Shown: one piece after another, positions 27,764 through 37,732 of the stretch
Position numbering within the stretch: position 1 is the first letter of the stretch
Layout of the letters: each line of letters starts with the position of its first letter
Assembly (NCBI GenBank): GCA_002069815.1
Contig: MWCB01000001.1
Location: 65,786 to 129,785 of the forward strand
Reading direction: 5' to 3'
DNA length: 64,000 nt
DNA from: Tenericutes bacterium ADurb.Bin239
GTDB lineage: Bacteria > Bacillota_I > Bacilli_A > RFN20 > CAG-826
The notes under the pieces: generated by a model
Databases searched by the model: none
What the model was told of the DNA's origin: nothing
Seen by the model: the letters and a program-made list of their open reading frames with translations, nothing else
Position numbers and translations under genes: made by a program

Positions 27764-30743
27764 TTTCATACCTTTCCATATTTGAAACAACAAACTGAAT
27801 GGTTCCATCACGTTCTTCCGTGTATCCATCGAAAATATAAATAGCGTTTAAAGTCGGAGGCATCACTAGGGTCGTTAAAACTCGGGCGAATAACACTAAA
27901 TCAATGGCCTCTTCATAATCGCTAGCCTTCGCAAAGGCCATCGTGTCTCCTTTTTTAGTTTTAATTTGGCGAAATGAAGATAAAACCCCATACATCTTAT
28001 GCCGACCAAAAGGGGCTTTTTGAATGTGTGAAACACGCTTTGCCCCCGTAATCGTAATTTTGTCAAGCGGATTAGCGGAAAGCGGGAAACGCAGCCGATT
28101 AACTTCAAGTTCAAGGCGGTCATCACTTTCATCAACCTTTTCGACAATGATTGCAAGTAGTGCTTTTTCATCATCAAATAAGCCTATTTCTAGAGTTGGT
28201 AGATAAGCACTAAACAGCGCTTTTAAGTACGCCCGATTGGGGTCAAATGAATCAAGGGCACCCGCTTCAATTAAGGCAACAATTTCGTCACTTGTTATTC
28301 CGGCTTTATAAACGCGAAAGAAGAAGTCTTGAACCGACTTAAAAGCTTTTTCGTCTCTTAGTTTAATGATAATATTTACCGATTCACGATTAATTCCCAC
28401 GATTGCTGAAAGCGGGAAGTTAAGCGTATCATTAATCTTGATAAATTCAGTGGTTGATTTTAGAACACACGGTCTGCTAATGCTGATGTTAAAGGCTTTT
28501 AATTCTTGTCTTGCCAGTTGAAATTTACGCTCGTCACTTACTAAACCACGTAATAATTCTTGATAAAATTCATAGGGATAACGTGTCTTTAAGAGCGCAA
28601 GGGCCATAGTTGTCATAGCGTAGACGACGGAGTGTGATTTATTAAAGCCGTAATCAGCAAAACGTAAGATATCATTAAACACTTTCGCGGTGTCTTCGGC
28701 TGAGTAGCCGCGCTTTTTTGCACCGGCGAGGAATGCATCTTTTTGTTGTAAAATAATCTTTTCATCTTTGCGCCCAATCGCCCGTCGTAATAAATCGGCT
28801 TGTCCCAGACTAAAACCCGCCATTGTCGCTGCTATTTGCATAATTTGTTCTTGATAAATCATAATGCCGTAAGTTGGTTTTAGGATATCAATTAGATCAT
28901 CATTTAAGTATGTAATTGGTGAACGTCCTTCCTTCCGCGCCGCATATTCATCAATATATTGCATTGGTCCAGGACGGAAGAGAGCAAGGAGAGCACAAAC
29001 ATCATTAAAATTAGTTGGTTTGATCGTCGCAATCGCTTTTCGCATTCCCGCACTTTCAAGTTGGAAAAGACCTAATGTATGCCCATTTCGAATTACATCA
29101 TAAATGGTAGGATCATCAAAAGTCAAATTGTAGAAGTCAAGTTTAGCGTCATACTTTTCATTCACTAAAGTTATGATGTTATGGATGAAAGTAAGGTTTG
29201 AAAGCCCTAAAATATCGACCTTTAAAAAACCGTGTTCTTCTAAGAAACTCATTTCATACTGAGTTACTCTTAAGTCATTATTTTTAAAAGTTGGTAAATT
29301 TTTAGCAAGGGGCTCGCCATCAATAATAATCCCAGCTGCATGCAGACCACTTTGGCGCGGGAATCCTTCAATTTTTGTGGCATTTTTTATAATTTCCAAA
29401 TTATAAGTGTCTTTATCAATTAAATTACGAAAGGCACTAATATTGCGATAGGCATCACGAAACGAGTAAAGTGTATTTCCGAGACTATTACTAAGACGGT
29501 TAATAAACTTTGGATCAATATCAAAAATAGTACCAACATCCCGCAGTGAAGCTTTCGCTGCATTCGTTTGAAAGGTAACGATATGGGCTACTTTCTCTTC
29601 GCCATAAGTGTCTTTAATGTAATCAATTATTTCACCACGGCGAATATCCATAAAGTCAATATCAATATCGGGTAGCGACACCCGTTCAGGATTTAAGAAA
29701 CGCTCAAAAAGTAAGTCGTGAGCGAGAGGGTCAGCGTGGGTAATCCCTAAAAGATAACTCACTAGTGAACTCGGTGCACTCCCCCGGCCATAACCAACTA
29801 AGATATTATTCCTTTTGGCAAAATGAACATAATCACTAACAATTAAGAAGTAGTTAACGTAACCCAGACGCCGAATAATGCCTAATTCGTGCGCAAGGCG
29901 TTCAATGTATTTTTGATTTTTATCAAGTCCTTTTTCCGTAAGGACTTTGTTTGTTAATTCTTCGATTTTTAAGTCCGCATTATAGTCGCCGGGTAACGGG
30001 AAATTTAGATTATGTTTTGCACTTAAATTAAAGGTGATTGCTTCACATATTTTAGTGGTGTTTTTTAATTCGTCTTCCGTGTAATAATTTTGTAATTCAC
30101 TCGCACTTAATAGATAGTCGGGACCATTAGAAGTATCGTAGATTGAAAGAGTTGTGCCATCTCGAATTGCCTCAATCATTAAAAGGGTTTTATGATCTTC
30201 GCTATTAATATATTTAATGCGGGGGAATGCGACAATAGAATAGTTATATTTAGCGCTAAATTCGCGCAAAAACATAGTTAATTGTTCGTTTTCACGTTCT
30301 AAACCAAGATAAAGGACGTTTGTTGCCATCGCAATATCGTAGAAATATTTCTGGATTAAAGGTTCTTCATGATCAAGATTATGCAAATTAGAAGAGGGGA
30401 CAATAACAATTAAATCAGCGGCATTTGCTTTTAAATCAAGTAGTGTTAGTAACCTTTCATTTTTGATTTCAAGGAGGACTAAAAGTTGGCGATATCCATC
30501 TTCATTTCGGGGATATATAACAAGGGTTGAACCTTCAAAATTTAACCTTATGCCAAAGAGTGGCTGGATATTAAATTCTTTACTCTTTTTTAAAAGATGC
30601 GGGAAACTAAAAACGGTGTCAGGATCACTAACACCCGCTGCTTTAATTTTCCGTTTTTTGAGTTCCTTTAAATAATCATCTAAAGTGAGTGCACTTTGAA
30701 GCAACGCGAAGTTTGTAAATACATTTAAAGGGATAAACGACAT
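27756..30743 (-). CDS. dnaE: DNA polymerase III alpha subunit, DnaE-type
   Basis: 995 aa; catalytic PDIDIDF, GLFQLES, fingers/OB regions; N-terminal PHP motif degenerate. Confidence 0.9.
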   Translation of the reverse strand: MSFIPLNVFTNFALLQSALTLDDYLKELKKRKIKAAGVSDPDTVFSFPHLLKKSKEFNIQPLFGIRLNFEGSTLVIYPRNEDGYRQLLVLLEIKNERLLTLLDLKANAADLIVIVPSSNLHNLDHEEPLIQKYFYDIAMATNVLYLGLERENEQLTMFLREFSAKYNYSIVAFPRIKYINSEDHKTLLMIEAIRDGTTLSIYDTSNGPDYLLSASELQNYYTEDELKNTTKICEAITFNLSAKHNLNFPLPGDYNADLKIEELTNKVLTEKGLDKNQKYIERLAHELGIIRRLGYVNYFLIVSDYVHFAKRNNILVGYGRGSAPSSLVSYLLGITHADPLAHDLLFERFLNPERVSLPDIDIDFMDIRRGEIIDYIKDTYGEEKVAHIVTFQTNAAKASLRDVGTIFDIDPKFINRLSNSLGNTLYSFRDAYRNISAFRNLIDKDTYNLEIIKNATKIEGFPRQSGLHAAGIIIDGEPLAKNLPTFKNNDLRVTQYEMSFLEEHGFLKVDILGLSNLTFIHNIITLVNEKYDAKLDFYNLTFDDPTIYDVIRNGHTLGLFQLESAGMRKAIATIKPTNFNDVCALLALFRPGPMQYIDEYAARKEGRSPITYLNDDLIDILKPTYGIMIYQEQIMQIAATMAGFSLGQADLLRRAIGRKDEKIILQQKDAFLAGAKKRGYSAEDTAKVFNDILRFADYGFNKSHSVVYAMTTMALALLKTRYPYEFYQELLRGLVSDERKFQLARQELKAFNISISRPCVLKSTTEFIKINDTLNFPLSAIVGINRESVNIIIKLRDEKAFKSVQDFFFRVYKAGITSDEIVALIEAGALDSFDPNRAYLKALFSAYLPTLEIGLFDDEKALLAIIVEKVDESDDRLELEVNRLRFPLSANPLDKITITGAKRVSHIQKAPFGRHKMYGVLSSFRQIKTKKGDTMAFAKASDYEEAIDLVLFARVLTTLVMPPTLNAIYIFDGYTEERDGTIQFVVSNMERYENE

Positions 30744-30750
30744 AATACTA

Positions 30751-30759
30751 ATTTTAGCA
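30751..30759 (-). promoter_or_regulatory. Extended -10 element placed for leaderless dnaE mRNA
   Basis: Minus strand TGCTAAAAT, then 7 nt (tagtatt), then ATG (30743); no SD. Confidence 0.5.
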
Positions 30760-30789
30760 TATTGAAAGTTAAAAGCAGGATTGATAGGC

Positions 30790-31782
30790 TTATGAGCCTA
30801 TATATTCATCAAGCTCTTTAACAAAAATCTCGATTTCTTCGCGATTTAATAGGGTGGCACCACTAGCCTGAACATGGCCCCCACCGCGCCACTTTAAGGC
30901 AAATTCATTAATTGGTTTTTCGGCGCTACGCAGTGAGACGCGCCACTGATTTTTATTTTTTTGTTCAGTAATTGATGCCCACACTTTAATGCCGCGAATA
31001 TCGGCAAAGATATTAACATTTTCTTTGGCTCTTTCCGCCGAAACGTTCATTCGCTTTTGGGTTTCATCATCAAAAATATAATATGCAAAGCCATTCTTAG
31101 TTATTTTATGGTTATTTAAGATATAAGCGATTATGCGTAAATCATCAATATCTTGAACATATAATTGATTATAAACATAATTGATATCGACACCAAGATT
31201 AATTAATATTTCAGCAATACCAAAGGTAAGCGCTGTCGTACTAGCATATTTAAACCGTCCCGAGTCACCGACAATACCACTAAATAAATAGCTAGCGACA
31301 TCTTTTGAAACTGTGCGACCATCAACAAGAAGAATGACGGCAATCATTTCAGCAACGGCAACACTAGCAACATCAACGAAACATATATCACCATAAGGTT
31401 CAACATTCGGGTGATGATCAATTTTAATTAGAGTCGAAACTTTTTTACAGCGCTTATCACTAACACGGTCTAAAACGGCCGTGTCGACCACAATCCCTAA
31501 GACAGGATCATCAAACCATTCGTCACTAACTTCATCAATTAGCGGATAAATATCGATACTATAAATCTCGTGATTGTCACCAAGAACTTTGATATCTTTC
31601 GTGGGATAATGCGCTTTTAAATATTCACCAAGGCCAAATTGCGAACCAAAGGCGTCAAAGTCGGGGGAACGATGACTAAAGATAGCGACTTTATCATGTT
31701 TTTCAATCAGCGTAAAAATCTGTTTCGTAACTTTGGTATATTCTTTGATTTTCTTCGCTACTGTTTTTGAATATTTATGCAT
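30790..31782 (-). CDS. nrnA: DHH/DHHA1 phosphoesterase, NrnA-like
   Basis: 330 aa; DHH-family motifs HRSPDFDAFGS, DTAV, KIDHHPN and DHHA1 GGGH. Confidence 0.75.
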   Translation of the reverse strand: MHKYSKTVAKKIKEYTKVTKQIFTLIEKHDKVAIFSHRSPDFDAFGSQFGLGEYLKAHYPTKDIKVLGDNHEIYSIDIYPLIDEVSDEWFDDPVLGIVVDTAVLDRVSDKRCKKVSTLIKIDHHPNVEPYGDICFVDVASVAVAEMIAVILLVDGRTVSKDVASYLFSGIVGDSGRFKYASTTALTFGIAEILINLGVDINYVYNQLYVQDIDDLRIIAYILNNHKITKNGFAYYIFDDETQKRMNVSAERAKENVNIFADIRGIKVWASITEQKNKNQWRVSLRSAEKPINEFALKWRGGGHVQASGATLLNREEIEIFVKELDEYIGS

Positions 31783-31802
31783 GCATTACTCCTACAATAA
31801 GT

Positions 31803-33008
31803 TTATTTATTTCGGGCCTCCAAAAGACGGACACAATCACGAACAATCATTAATTCTTCGTCCGTTGGAATTACATAGACTTTAACTTTACTTTCTTTCG
31901 TGGTAATTAGTCCGTAAATTCCCCCGCGCGTTAAGTTATTTTGTTCCTCATCAAAGATAATGCCTAAAGCATCTTTAACTTCATCAATAATTTGTTTACG
32001 TAACCGTGGTACATTTTCACCAATACCCGCGGTAAAAGCAATAACGTCAACACCACCTAAACGAACGTAATATTGACCAATGTAATCGGCAACGCGCCGC
32101 GCGTATAATTTAAATGTTAAATCAGCGCGTTCATTGCCTTGTAAAAGAGCATTTTCGACATCACGTACATCGCTAGAAATGCCACTGAAACCAAGCATCC
32201 CTGACTCTTTATTAAACATATCATAAACTTCACGAATTGATTTACCACTTAAATCACACACAAAGTACATAACACTTGGATCAAGGTCACCAGTGCGGGT
32301 TCCCATCATAATGCCCCCTAATGGTGTAAGACCCATTGATGTCGCCACACATTTACCGTTTTTGATAGCGGTAATACTCGCGCCATTACCTAAGTGACAA
32401 ACGATTAGATTATATGGTTTTCCTTTATAGATTTTAGCAATCTCTTCACTGATAAATTTATGGGAAGTACCATGCGCACCATAGCGCCGGATATCATGCT
32501 TTTCATAATATTCATATGGAATAGGGAACAAATAATCTTGGGGACTCATTGTTTGATGGTAAGCTGTATCAAACACGGCGACCGGGAAAGCATCAGGTAA
32601 TATTTTTCTAAAGGCTTCATAACCCGTTAAATGGGCGGCATTATGAAGTGGCGCTAATGGGATTAATCTCCGCACAATGGCCGCGACCTCTTCGGTGAAT
32701 TCGACACTATCTTCAAAGTATTTGCCCCCTTGAACAATACGGTGGCCAACGGCACTAATCTCTTCTAATGATTTAACAATATTAAACTGAAGAAGCGCTT
32801 TTGTTAAAACATTAACGGCTACTTCGTGATTAGGAAGGGGCAATGTTTGTCTTTCTTCCCCTGTTGCCGTCTTAATCCGAAAAACACCTTTCTTTTGGCC
32901 GATTCGTTCGGCTATACCACTGGTAATCACTTTTTCACTTGGGACTTCGAACAGTTTAAATTTTAATGAACTGCTTCCCGCATTAACCGCTAAAATTAAT
33001 TTCGCCAT
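31803..33008 (-). CDS. ackA: Acetate kinase
   Basis: 401 aa; LAVNAGSSSLKF, HLGNGAS, AFTAGIGEN motifs. Confidence 0.95.
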   Translation of the reverse strand: MAKLILAVNAGSSSLKFKLFEVPSEKVITSGIAERIGQKKGVFRIKTATGEERQTLPLPNHEVAVNVLTKALLQFNIVKSLEEISAVGHRIVQGGKYFEDSVEFTEEVAAIVRRLIPLAPLHNAAHLTGYEAFRKILPDAFPVAVFDTAYHQTMSPQDYLFPIPYEYYEKHDIRRYGAHGTSHKFISEEIAKIYKGKPYNLIVCHLGNGASITAIKNGKCVATSMGLTPLGGIMMGTRTGDLDPSVMYFVCDLSGKSIREVYDMFNKESGMLGFSGISSDVRDVENALLQGNERADLTFKLYARRVADYIGQYYVRLGGVDVIAFTAGIGENVPRLRKQIIDEVKDALGIIFDEEQNNLTRGGIYGLITTKESKVKVYVIPTDEELMIVRDCVRLLEARNK

Positions 33009-33320
33009 AATCCACCTCTCATACCCTTATATTATACACAAACAGCGGTAAGCATGCTTGCTTTGTTTACTTTAATTTCGTCATAATTTGAGCTTTTTAT
33101 ATATAAATAAATAGGATCTTTAAAGATAAATGACAAGAAAAATGCCATTTTCCAATAAGCTAAAAATAGTAATAATGCATAAAATTCCGCGAAACGGAAT
33201 ATTTATTTAACAAAAATACAAGTAAAAATCATACTTTTTCGAAAATTTGCGATGTTTCCATTCGTTAAACTACCATTCTTTGACCTTTTTTATTATAATA
33301 AAAACCGAGGGAGGAATAAT

Positions 33321-35279
33321 ATGAATTTTATAGATGAATTCCTAATGGGGTTTACCACGAGTGCTCATAAATACTTTGGCGCTCATTTTAATGCCACTAA
33401 GGGAAGTAAGAAAAAAAGTGTCACTTTTCGTCTCTATGCCCCCGCGGCAAGTGATGTAAGTGTTATTGGTGATTTCAACAATTGGGATCCAAATGTCCAC
33501 AAAATGGCAAAAATTGATTATCGTGGTATTTGGGAAATAACAATCCCTGATTTGGAAAATTATCAAAATTATAAGTATCGTTTTCGTAATGCCCATGGTC
33601 ATTATGTGGACAAGGCTGACCCATATGCGTTCTTTAGTGAAAAAGCACCAGGAACGGCCTCGCGTCTATTTGATAATGAAGGCTTTATTTGGCATGACGA
33701 AGACTGGATGAAAAAACGATGTCGCGGACATGATAAGCCGATTAGCATATATGAAATACATTTAGGCAGTTGGAAAGGAAAAGAAAATGGGCGCACTTTG
33801 TCATATGAAGAGATTGCCGACTATCTTATCCCGTACATGCGCGATAACGGATTCACCCACGTTGAAATTATGCCAATCACTCAGTATCCATATGACGGAT
33901 CATGGGGTTATCAAGCGACTGGTTTCTTTAGTGTCGATAGTCGTTATGGCAACCCGATGCAATTAATGTCCTTTGTCGACCGCATGCATCAAGCTGGGTT
34001 TGGGGTTATTTTAGACTTTGTGGCGGTCCACTTTGCGATTGATCACTATGGTTTAATTGAATTTGATGGTACACGTATGTATGAATATCAAGATTCACAG
34101 CACACCTTTAGTCAATGGGGTTCGCCTCAATTTGACTTAGGACGTGATCCAGTTCGTAGTTTCCTTATTAGTGCGATATTTTACTTTTTAGAGTATTTCC
34201 ACTTTGACGGCATTCGAATTGATGCGGTTAGTAATATTGTTTACTGGCACGGCAATAGTAACCATGGCATTAATCACGGTGGTGTTGAATTCTTAAAACG
34301 GCTTAACGGTAAAGTCCACCATCATTTCCCTGGCGTTATGATGATTGCCGAAGACTCGACTGCGTTTGACGGGACGACACGAGACGTTGAATGGGGTGGG
34401 TTAGGCTTTGACTATAAATGGGATATGGGCTGGATGAATGACACCCTTCGTTATTACAGTAAAGATCCTATTTATAAGAAATATGATCATAATTTACTAA
34501 CATTCTCGATGCATTATTTCTTTAGTGAAAACTTTATGTTACCGCTAAGTCATGATGAAGTAGTGCACGGTAAAGGGACGATTATTAATAAGATGTTTGG
34601 AAATTATGACCAAAAGTTTGCTTTAACTCGTAACCTATATACTTATCAATTCGCTCATCCGGGTAAAAAACTTACCTTTATGGGTAATGAAATTGCTAGC
34701 TTTGATGAGTGGGATGAAAGCAAAAGTTTACCTTGGAACTTAAAATCATATCCAAAGCATGACTCAGTCAGCCGCCTAGTGCGTGATTTAAACTTAATTT
34801 ATCGTAGTGAAAAAGCAATGTATATCGGTGAATATGATCCGCGCAATTTCACATGGCTTATGGTCGATAACCGTGATCAAAGTGTGTTTGCCTTTATGCG
34901 GACATATGGAGATGAAAAACTTATCTTCGTCTTTAATATGACTGGTAATTACTATGAAGAATACGACATTGGTGTTTACGATGAAGGAACTTACACCGAA
35001 ATCTTTAATAGTGATAAGGATGTTTATGGTGGCTATAACCAGTATAACGGGTTACCAGTAACCACTAAACCAGGTCCAGGACCAGAAATGCGTCCTTATC
35101 GTTTAACGCTTAAACTTGGTTCGTTCGCGGCAATGATCTTAAAAAAAGATATGCCAAAAAAAGCTAATGTGGAAAAGGCGAAAAAAGCGGAACCTAAAGT
35201 TAAAACTACGGCAGCGAAAGCTACGAAATCAACTGCTAAAAAAGCAGCCACCACACAAACTAAAAAAGCCGCTAAATAA
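33321..35279 (+). CDS. glgB: 1,4-alpha-glucan branching enzyme with Lys/Ala/Thr-rich C-terminal tail
   Basis: Start moved to ATG 33321 (GGGAGG SD). CBM48-like N-terminus, GH13 catalytic motifs DGIRIDAV, MIAEDS, SHDE; 45-aa basic tail encoded by 35142-35276. Confidence 0.9.
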   Translation: MNFIDEFLMGFTTSAHKYFGAHFNATKGSKKKSVTFRLYAPAASDVSVIGDFNNWDPNVHKMAKIDYRGIWEITIPDLENYQNYKYRFRNAHGHYVDKADPYAFFSEKAPGTASRLFDNEGFIWHDEDWMKKRCRGHDKPISIYEIHLGSWKGKENGRTLSYEEIADYLIPYMRDNGFTHVEIMPITQYPYDGSWGYQATGFFSVDSRYGNPMQLMSFVDRMHQAGFGVILDFVAVHFAIDHYGLIEFDGTRMYEYQDSQHTFSQWGSPQFDLGRDPVRSFLISAIFYFLEYFHFDGIRIDAVSNIVYWHGNSNHGINHGGVEFLKRLNGKVHHHFPGVMMIAEDSTAFDGTTRDVEWGGLGFDYKWDMGWMNDTLRYYSKDPIYKKYDHNLLTFSMHYFFSENFMLPLSHDEVVHGKGTIINKMFGNYDQKFALTRNLYTYQFAHPGKKLTFMGNEIASFDEWDESKSLPWNLKSYPKHDSVSRLVRDLNLIYRSEKAMYIGEYDPRNFTWLMVDNRDQSVFAFMRTYGDEKLIFVFNMTGNYYEEYDIGVYDEGTYTEIFNSDKDVYGGYNQYNGLPVTTKPGPGPEMRPYRLTLKLGSFAAMILKKDMPKKANVEKAKKAEPKVKTTAAKATKSTAKKAATTQTKKAAK

Positions 35280-35317
35280 ATTAGGGCATTAATCACATTT
35301 TAGAAAGGGAATAATTT

Positions 35318-37732
35318 ATGTTTTCTACAACAAAGACTTTTATCCATGAATTTAAAAAGCGCTTAACGGAGAAATACGGAGTTGGACTTGATGATAGTCA
35401 CATTACTGAACGCTATGATGTCTTAGGTTCAATGGTCCGCGACTACGCAAATATCAATTGGCGCAAGAGTCGTGATAATGTTAATAAAAAAGGTAAGAAA
35501 CAACTAATCTATTTCTCAATGGAATTTTTAATTGGACGCTTACTTACCAATAATTTAATTAATTTAGGAATTTATGATGTTGTTAACAAAGGTTTAAAAG
35601 AAATTGGGATGGATCTTCACACTTTAGAAGCGCAAGAAAGTGATGCGGGCCTTGGTAATGGTGGTTTAGGTCGTCTCGCTGCTTGTTTTCTTGATTCAAT
35701 TGCTAGCCTTGGTTATGCTGGAAATGGGCACTGTATTCGCTATGAATATGGTTTTTTCCGTCAAAAGATTGTTGACGGTCGGCAAGTTGAATTACCGGAC
35801 CAATGGTTAGTTAACGGGAACGTGTGGGAAGTGCGCAAACCAAAGCATGCCGTCAATGTTAAGTTTTATGGTCATGCTGAAACATATCAAAAGCGAAATG
35901 GTGAATTTGGAATTAGAACTGTTAACCCCACCATCGTTAAAGCCGTTCCTTATGATATGAGTGTGGTTGGATACCGAAACGGGGTTGCCAATACATTACG
36001 CTTATGGAGTGCGGAACCAAGTGATGAAGAACTGCCTAAAAACGAATCATTTGATCAATATTTAACAACGCTGCGCGAGATTAATCACGGTCTTTATCCC
36101 GATGACTCCACCGAAAAAGGAAAAATGCTGCGTTTAAGACAGCAATATTTTCTCGTTAGTGCTGGTTTACAAAGTGCAATTCGTGGTCACTATCGTCGCC
36201 ATAAAACATTGCGTAATTTCCATCAACACTATGTGTTCCAACTTAATGATACCCATCCAATTCTCGCTATTCCCGAACTGATGCGGATTTTACTTGATGA
36301 TTATGAATATGGGTGGGATGAATCATGGGATATCGTTACCAAAACATTCGCGTATACGAACCATACGACGATGGTTGAGGCCCTGGAACGGTGGCCCGTT
36401 CGTTATGTCCACCATCTAGTGCCCCGCAACTATATGATTATCGAAGAAATTCATCGCCGTAGCCAACGTGAATTTGTGGCTAAAGAAGTGAGCGAAGGCG
36501 ATCGCCAAAATATGGCTATTATTCGGGATGGGATGATCCATATGACTAATTTAGCAATTTACGCTTGTTTTAGTGTTAATGGGGTCGCGGCATTACATAC
36601 TGAAATTTTAAAAGCACAAACTTTTAAAGAATTTTATAAATTATATCCCGATAAATTTCAAAATAAAACAAACGGAATTACCCACCGGCGCTGGTTTTTA
36701 GCAAGTAACCCCGAACTTAGTAAATATTTAACGAGTCTAATTGGCGACTCTTACATTACTAATCCCGATGATTTTGAAAAACTTTTACCGTTTGTAAAAG
36801 ACAAAAAAGTACAACGTAAGTTTTTACAAATTAAACATCTTAAAAAAGAACAACTAGCGAAATATATTAAAAAGGCAAATGGTATTAATATTGATGTTGA
36901 TTCAATCTTTGACGTCCAAATTAAACGATTACATGCTTATAAACGTCAATTAATGAATGTGTTTCGGATTATGATGCTCTATTTTAGAATGAAGGAAGAT
37001 ACTGATTTTAGAATCCATCCTGTAACCTTTATTTTTGGGGCTAAAGCAGCTCCGAGTTATTACTTTGCCAAGAAAGTCATTGAACTTATTAATGGTCTAG
37101 CCGATGTCGTTAATAATGACCCAGAGATTTCTCCGTTTATGAAGATTGTCTTTATTGAAAATTATGGGGTTAAAACTGCGGAGATTATTATTCCAGCGAC
37201 TGATATCAGTGAACAAATTAGTACGGCGGGCAAAGAAGCGAGTGGAACTGGTAATATGAAGTTTATGATGAACGGGGCTTTAACGTTAGGTACACTTGAT
37301 GGGGCAAACGTTGAAATTCACGAGCGGGTTGGTGGTGATCATTCCTTTATCTTTGGTTTAACCGAACCGGAAGTTAAAAAACTTAAAGAAGAAAATGGTT
37401 ACAATCCGTGGGATGTTTACCAAAATGATCGCGAAATTCGGCGAATTCTCGATAGCTTAATTGATGGGACTTGGAGTCAAGGGAATCCGCATACCTTTAA
37501 ACCAATTTTTGATGAAGTGATGAATAAAGGCGATGAGTATTTAATCTTGAAAGACTTACCCGCTTATTTTAAACGCATGGATGATATTGTTACTTACTAC
37601 CGAAAGAAGAGTAGTTGGGCCGAAAGTGCCCTCTACAATATTGCTAAGAGTGGCTTCTTTAGCAGTGATCGCACAATCCGGCAATATATTGATGAAATTT
37701 GGCATATTGATAAGGTAAAAAATGGTAATTAA
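35318..37732 (+). CDS. glgP: Glycogen/maltodextrin phosphorylase (GT35)
   Basis: 804 aa; PLP-lysine motif EASGTGNMKFMMNGA. Confidence 0.95.
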   Translation: MFSTTKTFIHEFKKRLTEKYGVGLDDSHITERYDVLGSMVRDYANINWRKSRDNVNKKGKKQLIYFSMEFLIGRLLTNNLINLGIYDVVNKGLKEIGMDLHTLEAQESDAGLGNGGLGRLAACFLDSIASLGYAGNGHCIRYEYGFFRQKIVDGRQVELPDQWLVNGNVWEVRKPKHAVNVKFYGHAETYQKRNGEFGIRTVNPTIVKAVPYDMSVVGYRNGVANTLRLWSAEPSDEELPKNESFDQYLTTLREINHGLYPDDSTEKGKMLRLRQQYFLVSAGLQSAIRGHYRRHKTLRNFHQHYVFQLNDTHPILAIPELMRILLDDYEYGWDESWDIVTKTFAYTNHTTMVEALERWPVRYVHHLVPRNYMIIEEIHRRSQREFVAKEVSEGDRQNMAIIRDGMIHMTNLAIYACFSVNGVAALHTEILKAQTFKEFYKLYPDKFQNKTNGITHRRWFLASNPELSKYLTSLIGDSYITNPDDFEKLLPFVKDKKVQRKFLQIKHLKKEQLAKYIKKANGINIDVDSIFDVQIKRLHAYKRQLMNVFRIMMLYFRMKEDTDFRIHPVTFIFGAKAAPSYYFAKKVIELINGLADVVNNDPEISPFMKIVFIENYGVKTAEIIIPATDISEQISTAGKEASGTGNMKFMMNGALTLGTLDGANVEIHERVGGDHSFIFGLTEPEVKKLKEENGYNPWDVYQNDREIRRILDSLIDGTWSQGNPHTFKPIFDEVMNKGDEYLILKDLPAYFKRMDDIVTYYRKKSSWAESALYNIAKSGFFSSDRTIRQYIDEIWHIDKVKNGN

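Noticed and set aside
27763-27829. N-terminal extensions in the ORF track (polA 27829, fpg 25221, glgB 33252, ileS 49356, pheS 41030, mraZ 45031, PfkB kinase 58777, pfkA 21457, rpsD 7223, ezrA 9949, M42 1997)
   Set aside because: The extended residues are non-homologous and often cover T-box terminators or promoters. In each case an internal ATG with a proper SD, or the family-typical N-terminus (for example MPELPEVE for Fpg), lies downstream, so the starts were moved.
33048-33061. ackA-upstream dyad as a canonical cre site
   Set aside because: Aligned to TGWAANCGNTNWCA, it fails at most specified positions. The symmetric core is AAGCATGCTT with different half-site spacing, so it is kept only as an unassigned palindrome.
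33321-37732. glgB-glgP without glgA/glgC/glgD as an anomalous, incomplete glycogen pathway
   Set aside because: The synthase and ADP-glucose pyrophosphorylase genes may simply lie outside this window. Absence cannot be judged from 64 kb.
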